A stretch of 46,836 bases of DNA, taken from Eubacteriales bacterium. Its GTDB lineage: Bacteria; Bacillota; Clostridia; Lachnospirales; Lachnospiraceae. The notes below the pieces were generated by a model. It was not told the DNA's origin. It saw only the letters and a program-made list of their open reading frames with translations, and did no database searches. This document shows, piece after piece, positions 37,888 through 45,989 of the stretch. The translations under genes and the position numbers were made by a program. Each line of letters opens with the position of its first letter. The first letter of the stretch is position 1. The stretch is from contig JAUNEM010000002.1 in assembly GCA_030525515.1 (NCBI GenBank), forward strand, positions 1-46,836, given 5' to 3'.

Positions 37888-38538
37888 ATGAGAATATTGA
37901 TCACCGGGAGCAGCCGGGGGATCGGACTCGCCTGTACCAGAAAATATCTGGCGGAAGGCCACGAGGTTATCGGTATAGACCTGCAGGAGAGCCCCATCCG
38001 CAGCTGCGGCTCCTATACCCATCTCACTGCGGATATCTCCGGTCCGCTCCCCGACATTCCGGGAGAAATCCATGTGCTGGTCAACAATGCCGGCGTTCAG
38101 GAGGGCGGCCGGGAAATCGAGATCAATCTATCCGGCACGATCGCTGTCACTGAAAAATACGGAATCACTCCCTCCATTCATTCCATTCTTTTCATGGCCT
38201 CTTCCAGCGCCCGCAACGGGGCCGAATTCCCCCGCTATGCCGCGAGCAAGGGAGGGGTCGTCACCTACATGAAAAACGTCGCCCTGCGCGTCGCCCCTTA
38301 CGGGGCCACCAGCAACAGCATCTCCGCAGGCGGTGTCTACACTCCTCTGAACCGGCACATCATCGACAGTCCCACGCTCATGGAACAATGTCTGGATGAG
38401 ACTCTCCTGCACCGTTGGGCCTCTGCGGAGGAGATCGCGGAGTGGTGCTATTTTATGACCAATATCAACCGGAGCATGACCGGACAGGACATCCTGATCG
38501 ATAACGGCGAACAGCTCCGTTCAAATTTTATCTGGTGA
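37888..38538 (+). CDS. Classical SDR oxidoreductase
   Basis: ITGSSRGIG, GIDL (acidic residue after beta-2, NAD-type), NNAG, ASS, YAASK, TGQDILIDNG; alternative start at 37852. Confidence 0.9.
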   Translation: MRILITGSSRGIGLACTRKYLAEGHEVIGIDLQESPIRSCGSYTHLTADISGPLPDIPGEIHVLVNNAGVQEGGREIEINLSGTIAVTEKYGITPSIHSILFMASSSARNGAEFPRYAASKGGVVTYMKNVALRVAPYGATSNSISAGGVYTPLNRHIIDSPTLMEQCLDETLLHRWASAEEIAEWCYFMTNINRSMTGQDILIDNGEQLRSNFIW

Positions 38539-38560
38539 CAGTCTCCGCACAATGAAGGGG

Positions 38561-38612
38561 AAGAGGACTTTGGCAGCAGTAGGCACACAGCAGCCGCTGT
38601 CCTCTTTTTTTT
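38561..38612 (+). terminator. Probable end-of-operon terminator
   Basis: AAGAGGAC...GTCCTCTT followed by a T run. Confidence 0.6.
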
Positions 38613-38762
38613 GCCTTTTCCCGACTTTTTCTGCCTTTTTTGCTGCCTGGTGAGCCTTTCGGGAATAATCACAATTCTAAAAATAGATGATTTTTCCCTT
38701 TTTCTTATACTCATCTCTTTCGCTTTTCCGTAATTTTTTTTCGCTTTTCCGTAAAATTATTG

Positions 38763-38791
38763 TTGACACGAAAAAAAGTCAGTGCTAATAT
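38763..38791 (+). promoter_or_regulatory. SigA promoter of the paaK leader
   Basis: TTGACA-17 bp-TAATAT with TGn extension. Confidence 0.75.
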
Positions 38792-38958
38792 ACAGACCAT
38801 AGTTTAACGCACTGCATCGGCACAGTGATAAGTCAGTAAAGATGTTCACTGTCATGGTCCCGAAGCCGCTCAGGTTTCGGCCCCGGCAGACGCGCAACAA
38901 GTGGTCAGGCATGCTCCCGGGCATCCACGACCACAATCATCTTATCAGGAGTGTAAAA

Positions 38959-39057
38959 ATGAACCGCAATCTTCGCAGCAGCAACACCTTCGGGTTTATC
39001 TTCAGCTTTACTTTTTACTTTACTGACAATGACAGTAAGGTTAGTTTGCTATGCTGA
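38959..39057 (+). CDS. Phe-rich leader (attenuator) peptide, 32 aa
   Basis: AGGAG RBS; MNRNLRSSNTFGFIFSFTFYFTDNDSKVSLLC has 6 Phe and 1 Tyr in 11 consecutive codons; terminator follows. Confidence 0.75.
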   Translation: MNRNLRSSNTFGFIFSFTFYFTDNDSKVSLLC

Positions 39058-39094
39058 AGAATGCGGAGAGGACTAAAATCCAATCAGGTCATTC

Positions 39095-39138
39095 ATAAGG
39101 GTGTGGCACATTAACCTGTGCCGCACCCTTATTTTTTT
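39095..39138 (+). terminator. Attenuator terminator
   Basis: ATAAGGGTGTGGCACA-ttaacc-TGTGCCGCACCCTTAT-TTTTTT, about 300 nt before paaK. Confidence 0.85.
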
Positions 39139-39440
39139 GTTCTGCATCCCCTCCCGGCCTGCCCCTCCCGGCAGACAAGGGTTTTCAGGAAAAACCGGGA
39201 ATACGGCCGATTCCCTTTTTTCCTAAAAGCCCCCGACTTCAAAGATTCCGGACTCCTCCGGATCTTTGGGGGGCGCAGAGCAGAAAAGCTCCCGTAACTG
39301 TCTCATGATTCCGGCAGCAGTTCAATGCCTGCTGCAGACTGATCGAGGCAAAATCGAAACACAGTGAAAAAATGAACAGCAGCAGACAATCGTCAGCAGC
39401 AGACATGCATCAGCCATCACAGATAAGCGAGGAAAATAGA

Positions 39441-40748
39441 ATGAAAAACTATTATCAGAAAGAAATCGAGACCGCTTCACGGGAAGAGATCCTCAAAATC
39501 CAGAACGAAAAAATCGTCAAGCAGGTAAAATATGTATATGACAATGTCCCCTATTACCGCAATCTGATGGACAAAAAAGGCGTGAAGCCCGAAGATGTCC
39601 AGAGCGTCGACGATATCAAAAAGCTTCCTTTCCTCACCAAGGATGATCTTCGCGAAGCATATCCCTATGGGCTTCTCGGAACAGATCTGAAAAATTGTGT
39701 GCGCATCCAGTCCACTTCCGGAACAACCGGCAAGCGCGTCGTCGCCTTCTACACCCAGAAGGATATCGACATGTGGGAAGAGTGCTGCGCAAGAGCCATT
39801 GTAGCGGCCGGAGGAACAAATGAGGACGTCGTCCAGGTCTGCTACGGCTATGGTCTCTTCACCGGAGGTCCCGGTCTGAACGGCGGCTCCCACAAGGTCG
39901 GATGCCTGACCCTCCCCATGTCTTCAGGCAATACTGACCGCCAGATTCAGTTCATGATGGATCTGAACTCTACAATCCTGTGCTGCACACCCTCCTACGC
40001 GGCTTTCATCGGTGAGTCCCTGGCTGAAAAAGGCTACAGGCCCGAGGACAACAAACTCAAGGCAGGCATCTTCGGAGCTGAGCCCTGGACCGAAGAAATG
40101 CGCCAAGGTATTGAAAAGAGTCTCGGAATCAAGGCATACGACATTTACGGCCTCACAGAGACCTCCGGCCCCGGTGTCTCCTTCGAGTGCGAAGAGCAGA
40201 CCGGTATGCATATCAACGAAGACCACTTCTACGCAGAGATCATCGATCCCAAGACCGGTGAAGTGCTTCCCGACGGAGAAAAGGGTGAACTCGTCTTCAC
40301 TTCCCTCGACAAGGAAGGCTTCCCTCTCCTGCGCTACCGCACCAAGGACATCTGTGTTCTCAGCCGCAAGCCCTGCTCCTGCGGAAGAACACACGTCAAA
40401 ATGACCAAGCCCATGGGCCGCAGCGATGACATGATGATCATCCGCGGCGTCAATGTCTTCCCGAGCCAGATCGAGGCGGTTCTCCTCAAAGAGGGCTATA
40501 CCCCCAACTATCAGATCGTGGTCGACCGTGTCAACAACACAGATACTTTCGATGTCTATGTCGAGTTCTCCCCCGAGCAGTTCTCCGATAAGATCTCTGA
40601 TATCCAGGCACGTGAGAAGAGCCTCAACGGCGCAATGCGCTCCATGCTGGGTATCGGACCCAAGATCCATCTGGTGGCTCCCAAATCCATCACAAGGTCT
40701 GAGGGCAAGGCAGTCAGGGTCATCGACAAGCGCAAACTGCATGACTGA
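39441..40748 (+). CDS. paaK: Phenylacetate-CoA ligase
   Basis: Start MKNYYQKEIET; QSTSGTTGK, YGYGLFTGG, GAEPW, DIYGLTE, RYRTKD, GRSDDMMIIRGVNVFPSQIE. Confidence 0.93.
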   Translation: MKNYYQKEIETASREEILKIQNEKIVKQVKYVYDNVPYYRNLMDKKGVKPEDVQSVDDIKKLPFLTKDDLREAYPYGLLGTDLKNCVRIQSTSGTTGKRVVAFYTQKDIDMWEECCARAIVAAGGTNEDVVQVCYGYGLFTGGPGLNGGSHKVGCLTLPMSSGNTDRQIQFMMDLNSTILCCTPSYAAFIGESLAEKGYRPEDNKLKAGIFGAEPWTEEMRQGIEKSLGIKAYDIYGLTETSGPGVSFECEEQTGMHINEDHFYAEIIDPKTGEVLPDGEKGELVFTSLDKEGFPLLRYRTKDICVLSRKPCSCGRTHVKMTKPMGRSDDMMIIRGVNVFPSQIEAVLLKEGYTPNYQIVVDRVNNTDTFDVYVEFSPEQFSDKISDIQAREKSLNGAMRSMLGIGPKIHLVAPKSITRSEGKAVRVIDKRKLHD

Positions 40749-40869
40749 ACCATGCGGACGGCAGACGGCCCAGGCTGTTTCATCCGCTGCATGAACTCCA
40801 AAATCAAGAAGCGCCGGCCCTTGCAACACAAAGCTTCAGAAACTAATGATAAACACAGGAGGATATACC

Positions 40870-41301
40870 ATGGCAATTACACAGTTATCTGTATTTCTTG
40901 AAAATGTACCCGGAACACTCTGCAAAGCCGTCAGCGCCATCTCCGGCGCCGGGATCAACATCCGCGCGCTCTCTGTCGCGGACACACGCGACTTCGGAAT
41001 TATGCGCCTGATCGTCCCGGACGTCGAGGCTGCAAAAGAAGTCCTGAGTGACTATACCGCCGCTGAGACCAAAGTCATCGCAGTCAAAATGGAAGACCGC
41101 ACAGGCGCCCTGAAAGAGATCCTGCAGGTTCTCGAGAAGGCCGGCATCAACATCGAGTATGTATATGCTTTCGCCGCTGCCGTTCCCAATTCGGCATACG
41201 TCGTTCTCAGAGTGGATGATGTGGAGGCTGCAGAAGCAGTCCTTTCCCAGAATAATGTTCCCACACTGTCAGATGAAGATATCGCCATTTTGCTCCCCTG
41301 A
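40870..41301 (+). CDS. Tandem ACT-domain amino-acid-binding protein (typical paaK partner)
   Basis: QLSVFLENVPG, INIRALSVADT.DFGIMRLIV, INIEYVYAF. Confidence 0.9.
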   Translation: MAITQLSVFLENVPGTLCKAVSAISGAGINIRALSVADTRDFGIMRLIVPDVEAAKEVLSDYTAAETKVIAVKMEDRTGALKEILQVLEKAGINIEYVYAFAAAVPNSAYVVLRVDDVEAAEAVLSQNNVPTLSDEDIAILLP

Positions 41302-41350
41302 TTCTGACCCGTGTCTTTCCGCCTGGAAAAAAATAAAAAAGGACCAATAG

Positions 41351-41405
41351 AAAAAGGACACAGATCTGCCGGAGGTCATCCCCCTGACAGCCTGTGTCCT
41401 TTTTT
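41351..41405. terminator. Bidirectional terminator-like hairpin
   Basis: AAAAAGGACACAG...CTGTGTCCTTTTT between the ACT gene and the convergent tRNA. Confidence 0.7.
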
Positions 41406-41464
41406 ATGCATCAAAGACAATTCATCAAAGACAAAAAAAGAGACAGTTTCCTGTCTCTTAAGAG

Positions 41465-41536
41465 CAGCTCGTACGGGAATCGAACCCATGATTCTGCCGT
41501 GAGAGGGCAGCGTCTTAACCCCTTGACCAACGAGCC
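41465..41536 (-). tRNA. tRNA-Glu (anticodon CTC), CCA not encoded
   Basis: GGCTCGT/ACGAGCT acceptor, TGGTCAAGGGGTTAAGAC D arm, CTGCC-ctCTCac-GGCAG anticodon arm, GGGTTCGATTCCC T arm. Confidence 0.96.
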
Positions 41537-41578
41537 ATATTTTGTTTTTGCTTCAGCTTTCTGCCTGACGCAAGTAAT

Positions 41579-41607
41579 ATATTATCAGAGGATCCATGAT
41601 AATGCAA
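41579..41607 (-). promoter_or_regulatory. Promoter of tRNA-Glu
   Basis: TTGCAT-17 bp-TAATAT with AT-rich upstream sequence. Confidence 0.65.
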
Positions 41608-41782
41608 GCATTTTTTTTAAATATTTTCAGCGGATTTTTTACGACCTTTTTCCGGATTTTTTACGAATTTTCCGTATTCTTTTAAATATATTTCAGCGAA
41701 AAATATTTCAGTTCAAACAGCCGCGCCAAACACGGTGCCAAAAATCCCGCCAAACATCCGACAGGAAGGTGTCGGAAATTCA

Positions 41783-41896
41783 TTCCACAGCTCCGGATTT
41801 CCGCAGCTGCAGGTTCCCGCAGCTGCAAGTTTCCACGGCTGCATGCATATTTCCAAAAATTCAAATTTCCACTGCTGCCAATTTCTACAGCTGCAG
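41783..41896. repeat. Degenerate minisatellite, about 16-bp unit (tttccrcagctgcarr)
   Basis: Direct reading, about 6-7 units. Confidence 0.75.
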
Positions 41897-42014
41897 GCGG
41901 AACTGTGCAGTAATGATCCGCCCCGCTGCATTCAGCTTCTGAAGCGGCGGGGCGTTCCGATGTTCCTGTACAAAATGATGAATTGCCGAAGGCAGAGTGC
42001 CATTCCGGTTTAAC

Positions 42015-42087
42015 GGGTCAGTCCAGTTTTAAAGGGTCAGCCCGATTTAAAGGGTCAGTTCAATTGGATGGGTCAGTCCAGTTTGAT
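42015..42087. repeat. 18-19-bp tandem repeat x4 echoing the cobB stop region
   Basis: gggtcag-initiated units at 42015, 42034, 42052 and 42070; the last is the end of cobB (IKLD*). Confidence 0.85.
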
Positions 42088-42876
42088 ATGGGAAAAGACG
42101 GTCCCGATGCTGTCATGGAATGCAAGATCGGCATAGCTGTCCTGAGACGTTGCGTCTCTGTTAACGATGACCAGATATTTTCCTCTATAGGAGCTGACCA
42201 GGGACGATGCCGGATAAACGGTGAGGGAAGTCCCGCCGACGATCAGCAGGTCAGCGCGGGCAATCAGGCGGCCTGCGCCCGACCATGCATCCGCAGGGAG
42301 CATCTCGCCGTAGAGGGTCACATCAGGGCGGATCTTACCGCCGCAGCTGCAGTGGGGAACTGCTTCTTCGCTGGTGTATATGGCGTCGGAAGGATACTTT
42401 TTGCCGCAGCGGTCGCAGTAGTTGCGGAGGGTCGATCCGTGCACCTCATAGACCTTCTTGCTGCCCGCCGCCTGATGCAGACCATCGATATTCTGCGTGA
42501 TCACTCCGTCCAGCTTCCCCATAGCCTCCATCTCAGCCAGCTTGTAGTGGGCCAGATTGGGAGCGATTCCTCTGGCATCCATTTTCTGACGGTAAAACTC
42601 ATAGAAGACCTTGGGCTCATGCTCCAGGCAGGGATTGCTCAGAAGGTATTCAGGCTGATAGGCATCGAAACGGACGTCGTGCTGATTATAGAGTCCATCT
42701 TTACTTCGGAAATCGGGAATGCCGCTCTCCGTAGAGACACCTGCTCCTCCAAAGAAAGCAATGTGTTCCGAAGCGGCGATCATCTCATTCAGAGCCTCAT
42801 ATTTCTCATCTCCCCGCAGTCTTTTCAGGTGGGCTTTTTCTTCTTTAATGGTCGCAAAGCATCCAATGTATTTCAT
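42073..42876 (-). CDS. cobB: NAD-dependent protein deacylase (sirtuin)
   Basis: GGAGVSTESGIPDFRS, ITQNIDGLHQ, EVHGS, CDRC..CSC, RPDVTLYGE, GTSLTVYPA. Confidence 0.93.
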   Translation of the reverse strand: MKYIGCFATIKEEKAHLKRLRGDEKYEALNEMIAASEHIAFFGGAGVSTESGIPDFRSKDGLYNQHDVRFDAYQPEYLLSNPCLEHEPKVFYEFYRQKMDARGIAPNLAHYKLAEMEAMGKLDGVITQNIDGLHQAAGSKKVYEVHGSTLRNYCDRCGKKYPSDAIYTSEEAVPHCSCGGKIRPDVTLYGEMLPADAWSGAGRLIARADLLIVGGTSLTVYPASSLVSSYRGKYLVIVNRDATSQDSYADLAFHDSIGTVFSHIKLD

Positions 42877-43108
42877 CGCAGAAATCCTCCTTCTCCTCAT
42901 CCGGCAGGGTGTGACACGGAGACAGACGCCCTGTCACACTGGTGTCTGAAAGTGACCGAAATTACATTTTTCTTTTTGCTGACGGAGTTTCTTCCGTCCC
43001 GTGTGAACATGTTTTCAGCGGTATTCAGCCGTATTCAGTGGTATTCAGATCATACAGAAACTGCGCGGATCCCGACCGATTTCTCTTCAAGTCCCGCTCA
43101 TGTCTATA

Positions 43109-43945
43109 TTATAAACTATCGGAGGATGGATTCAAGACTCGCTGTTCTCTTCTCGTCTCTGCCGCAAGCTCTTTCAGGATTCCTATAACACCTCCCTCTT
43201 CCGGCGGGGCAAAGGTGTGGGCACATGCTTCCTTGAGAGCATCCACAGAGCGCACGGAGCACCAGCTGTTCTTTGCCGGCGCAAGCATCGAGAGATCGTT
43301 CATAGCGTCCCCGAACACCATATATTCATCGGGCCCGATCCCGTATGTCTCGCAGATGTGCCTGACGGCACTTCCTTTATTGATATCTATTCTGTTGAAA
43401 TCCATAAAAACCAGTCCTGCCGGCGCCACAGAAAATTTCTTTTTGTAGGCCTCAATGTCCGGGTCGAAATAGTGGGCGTCCGGTCCGTCCGGATAGACAA
43501 TGCTGAGTTTGGTCAGCGGGACACCGAGCGCTTCCACATTGTCGACCTTTTCAATATCGACACCCACTCCGGTCACCATGTCAAGATAGGCCTGATCGTC
43601 AGACTCCGTAAAGGACTTGGCCCATGAATCTACATGCCATGCCTCTCCCCGTCCTCTGGCATAGGCGAGAAGACGCGATATTTCTTCATCAGTTCCGATC
43701 GGCACTGCCCGGAGGGGTTTACTACCCTCCATGACTACGCTCCCGTTGGAGCACAGAAAAGTGAGCCTGTCCCCCAGGGCGGGAAACAGGTTCTGCAGGC
43801 TTGAATAGGGCCTGCCGCTGGCAAGCACGACCCGGATCCCCAGATCAAGGAGCTCGCTGATCACCCCGGTTACCTCCGCGGAAGGAAGCGGAGAAGCCTC
43901 CGGCATCAATGTACCATCAATATCTGTCACAATCATTTTGATCAT
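43109..43945 (-). CDS. Cof-type HAD-IIB phosphatase
   Basis: TDIDGTL, ASGR, NGS, NKGSAV, FGDAMNDLSML. Confidence 0.92.
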   Translation of the reverse strand: MIKMIVTDIDGTLMPEASPLPSAEVTGVISELLDLGIRVVLASGRPYSSLQNLFPALGDRLTFLCSNGSVVMEGSKPLRAVPIGTDEEISRLLAYARGRGEAWHVDSWAKSFTESDDQAYLDMVTGVGVDIEKVDNVEALGVPLTKLSIVYPDGPDAHYFDPDIEAYKKKFSVAPAGLVFMDFNRIDINKGSAVRHICETYGIGPDEYMVFGDAMNDLSMLAPAKNSWCSVRSVDALKEACAHTFAPPEEGGVIGILKELAAETRREQRVLNPSSDSL

Positions 43946-44292
43946 GGCTTCCCTCCGTTTTCGCCGATCTCAGAACTTCCGTCGCCACTATCAGGACTTT
44001 CGTCACTCTGTCCGGCTCCGTAGTGCTTCCGGATCATGCCCCCGTGTCTCATCCTGGGATGTTCCGTCTCCTCGACCTGCACCCGGGACAGATAGCCCTC
44101 AATCTGCTCGATCCGCCCCTTGCATTCAAAATACCGTCTGAGGTGTCCTTCCCCCTCCCACCATTGTTCAAATTTCTGCCGGGAAAGGGTCTGATGATAA
44201 TACTCCATAGAAATAAGGAGCTGCGTCATTTCGTCACGCAGCTCCGCGATTTCATCCTGGTACATCTGATAGTCAAACCGGGAAATAATCAT
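43942..44292 (-). CDS. Hypothetical protein (helical, 116 aa)
   Basis: AAAGGA RBS; ATGA overlap with the HAD gene; no motif recognised. Confidence 0.65.
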   Translation of the reverse strand: MIISRFDYQMYQDEIAELRDEMTQLLISMEYYHQTLSRQKFEQWWEGEGHLRRYFECKGRIEQIEGYLSRVQVEETEHPRMRHGGMIRKHYGAGQSDESPDSGDGSSEIGENGGKP

Positions 44293-44351
44293 TTATAAAT
44301 ATCCTTTTTGTCTACTGGAATTCCCTGCAGCAGTCCGCCGCGCCGGGAGGA

Positions 44352-45029
44352 TCAGAAGGTCACTTCGCCGTCATGGGACAGCAGGGACACAGAATTGACT
44401 GTGCGCAGGGCAGACAGCTCGGAAGTCAGCTCTGCTCCGTTGGCAACAGACAGCTCGATCACGAGGTTGAGCTGGCCGCCGGTAATGTTTCTGGACTTCT
44501 CCGTAAAGAAACGGGCATATTTGCGGACGATCTGGCGGACCGCCTTGTTGGTCTCTTTGTCATTCTGCGCGCTGATCACAAGGATCATGGGAGCGCGTCC
44601 GAGCGGAATGTGGCTCAGGGCGAAGATCGCGACAGTGACCACGAGAGAAAGAATAATGGCGATCTCAGAGAGACCCGCTCCGCAGATGATACCTACACTG
44701 ATCGCCCAGTAGAGGAAGACCAGATCCATGGGCTCCTTGATCGCAGTACGGAAACGGACAATGGAAAGAGCACCTACCATACCGAGGGAAACAACAACGC
44801 TCGACTGGATCGTCAGAATGATCGCCGTGGTGATCAGGGACATGCAGACCAGAGAGACGTTAAAGTTTTTGGAATAAAAAGTCCTTCTGGTCATAAGTCT
44901 GTAGATGAAGAAAATATACAGTCCGAGCACCAGCGAGAAGCAGAGGGCGACGATGATGCCCTTGGTTCCCAGTTCAATTGTTGAATATCCCTGAAGAAAT
45001 GATTTTTTAAAAATATCTGAAAATGACAT
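44352..45029 (-). CDS. DUF4956 membrane protein
   Basis: MSFSDIFKKSFL, YSKNFNVSL, SLGMVGALSIVRFRTAIKEPMDL. Confidence 0.88.
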   Translation of the reverse strand: MSFSDIFKKSFLQGYSTIELGTKGIIVALCFSLVLGLYIFFIYRLMTRRTFYSKNFNVSLVCMSLITTAIILTIQSSVVVSLGMVGALSIVRFRTAIKEPMDLVFLYWAISVGIICGAGLSEIAIILSLVVTVAIFALSHIPLGRAPMILVISAQNDKETNKAVRQIVRKYARFFTEKSRNITGGQLNLVIELSVANGAELTSELSALRTVNSVSLLSHDGEVTF

Positions 45030-45130
45030 AGCCTGATCCTTTCCGTTTTTAATACCTTTCAATACGGCTCTGAGGTATTGCTGCTCTCAACAGCCGCCAT
45101 ATCTGTCTAACTGCCACTGTTTTTTTCTCA

Positions 45131-45277
45131 CCGCCCCGCGGCCTGTGAACAGATCACAGAGCGAAGGCCTGAAGAAATCCCGCCGTCCGTACCTGCGGAC
45201 AGGTCACAGGAGGAAATTTTGAAGAGGTTCCGCCGTCCGTACCTGCGGACAACTCACAGGACGAAGCCCTGAAGGTT
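45131..45277. repeat. About 49-50-bp tandem repeat x3 echoing the VTC gene 3' end
   Basis: Units at 45131 (degenerate), 45180 and 45230; the latter two share ccgccgtccgtacctgcggaca. Confidence 0.85.
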
Positions 45278-45970
45278 GTACTGCCTGCACAGATAATATT
45301 TTGAGAAAGTTTCCAGTCTCATATTGGTCATCTGGATCGCGTGATAAATATAATCCGGCAGATATTCATCAAACTTGACCTCCAGCAAGTGCTGTCCCTT
45401 AGGCAGCACAGGACGCTCCGGAATATCCTCCATGAAAAAACGATCAAATGCCGGTGATGAAGAAATGTTCATGTCAAACGTCACACGCACATTTCCCTCG
45501 TCGCACACAAAAGGTTTCCTCAGATACTGCACAATGACCTTTGGCTGCATAAGCCGGGTCTGCTGCAGATAGAGCATCTTGTTCAAAAGCGGAGGGTTCT
45601 GTCCTGTGACAGGGATGAAATCCAGATCCATCATCCTCTCTGTCTGTTCACGCGTAAGTCTGCAGCTTTTTTTCTGGATCATGCCGTATTCCTTGCGCTT
45701 ACACTCCAGAGAAATCCTTTTGTCACTGCAGTTGTAAATCCTCACACGCCATTTTTCACGAGGACTGACCCCGCTCTCATTTTCATTCAGGCACCTGTCA
45801 TACAGGTCGTCAAAATAGACGCTTCGGATCAGATAACACCCGTCTTTTCCGGCATGCGGATCCGGTCTCATAACATCCTGAAGACGCGTTTCGAGCATCT
45901 TCAGTTCAGCCATCGAACACAGATATTTGAGCTCGTGCCGGAATTTTGGCTCTTCAATTCCTTTTGCCAC
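45254..45970 (-). CDS. Polyphosphate polymerase (VTC)-domain protein
   Basis: FRHELKY, IRSVYFD, REKWRVRIY, LECKRK, VRVTFD, LLEVKFD, FSKY. Confidence 0.88.
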   Translation of the reverse strand: MAKGIEEPKFRHELKYLCSMAELKMLETRLQDVMRPDPHAGKDGCYLIRSVYFDDLYDRCLNENESGVSPREKWRVRIYNCSDKRISLECKRKEYGMIQKKSCRLTREQTERMMDLDFIPVTGQNPPLLNKMLYLQQTRLMQPKVIVQYLRKPFVCDEGNVRVTFDMNISSSPAFDRFFMEDIPERPVLPKGQHLLEVKFDEYLPDYIYHAIQMTNMRLETFSKYYLCRQYNLQGFVL

Positions 45971-45989
45971 TCTTTATGTTCTCCTGTAT

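Noticed and set aside
38842-38958. 71-aa version of the paaK leader ORF
   Set aside because: The AGGAG RBS precedes the internal ATG at 38959; the upstream start lacks an RBS
41465-41536. TCA in the anticodon loop suggesting tRNA-Sec or a suppressor
   Set aside because: The 7-nt loop ctCTCac centres on CTC (Glu); there is no long variable arm
41300-42100. tRNA as an integration site for an island
   Set aside because: No integrase or duplicated tRNA 3' end seen; flanks are housekeeping genes
42073-42876. Sir2 protein as anti-phage defence (Thoeris/DSR)
   Set aside because: Stand-alone canonical zinc-binding sirtuin with no defence partner genes
20918-45277. Short repeat arrays as possible CRISPR
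   Set aside because: Units are contiguous or degenerate with no unique spacers, and no cas genes are present
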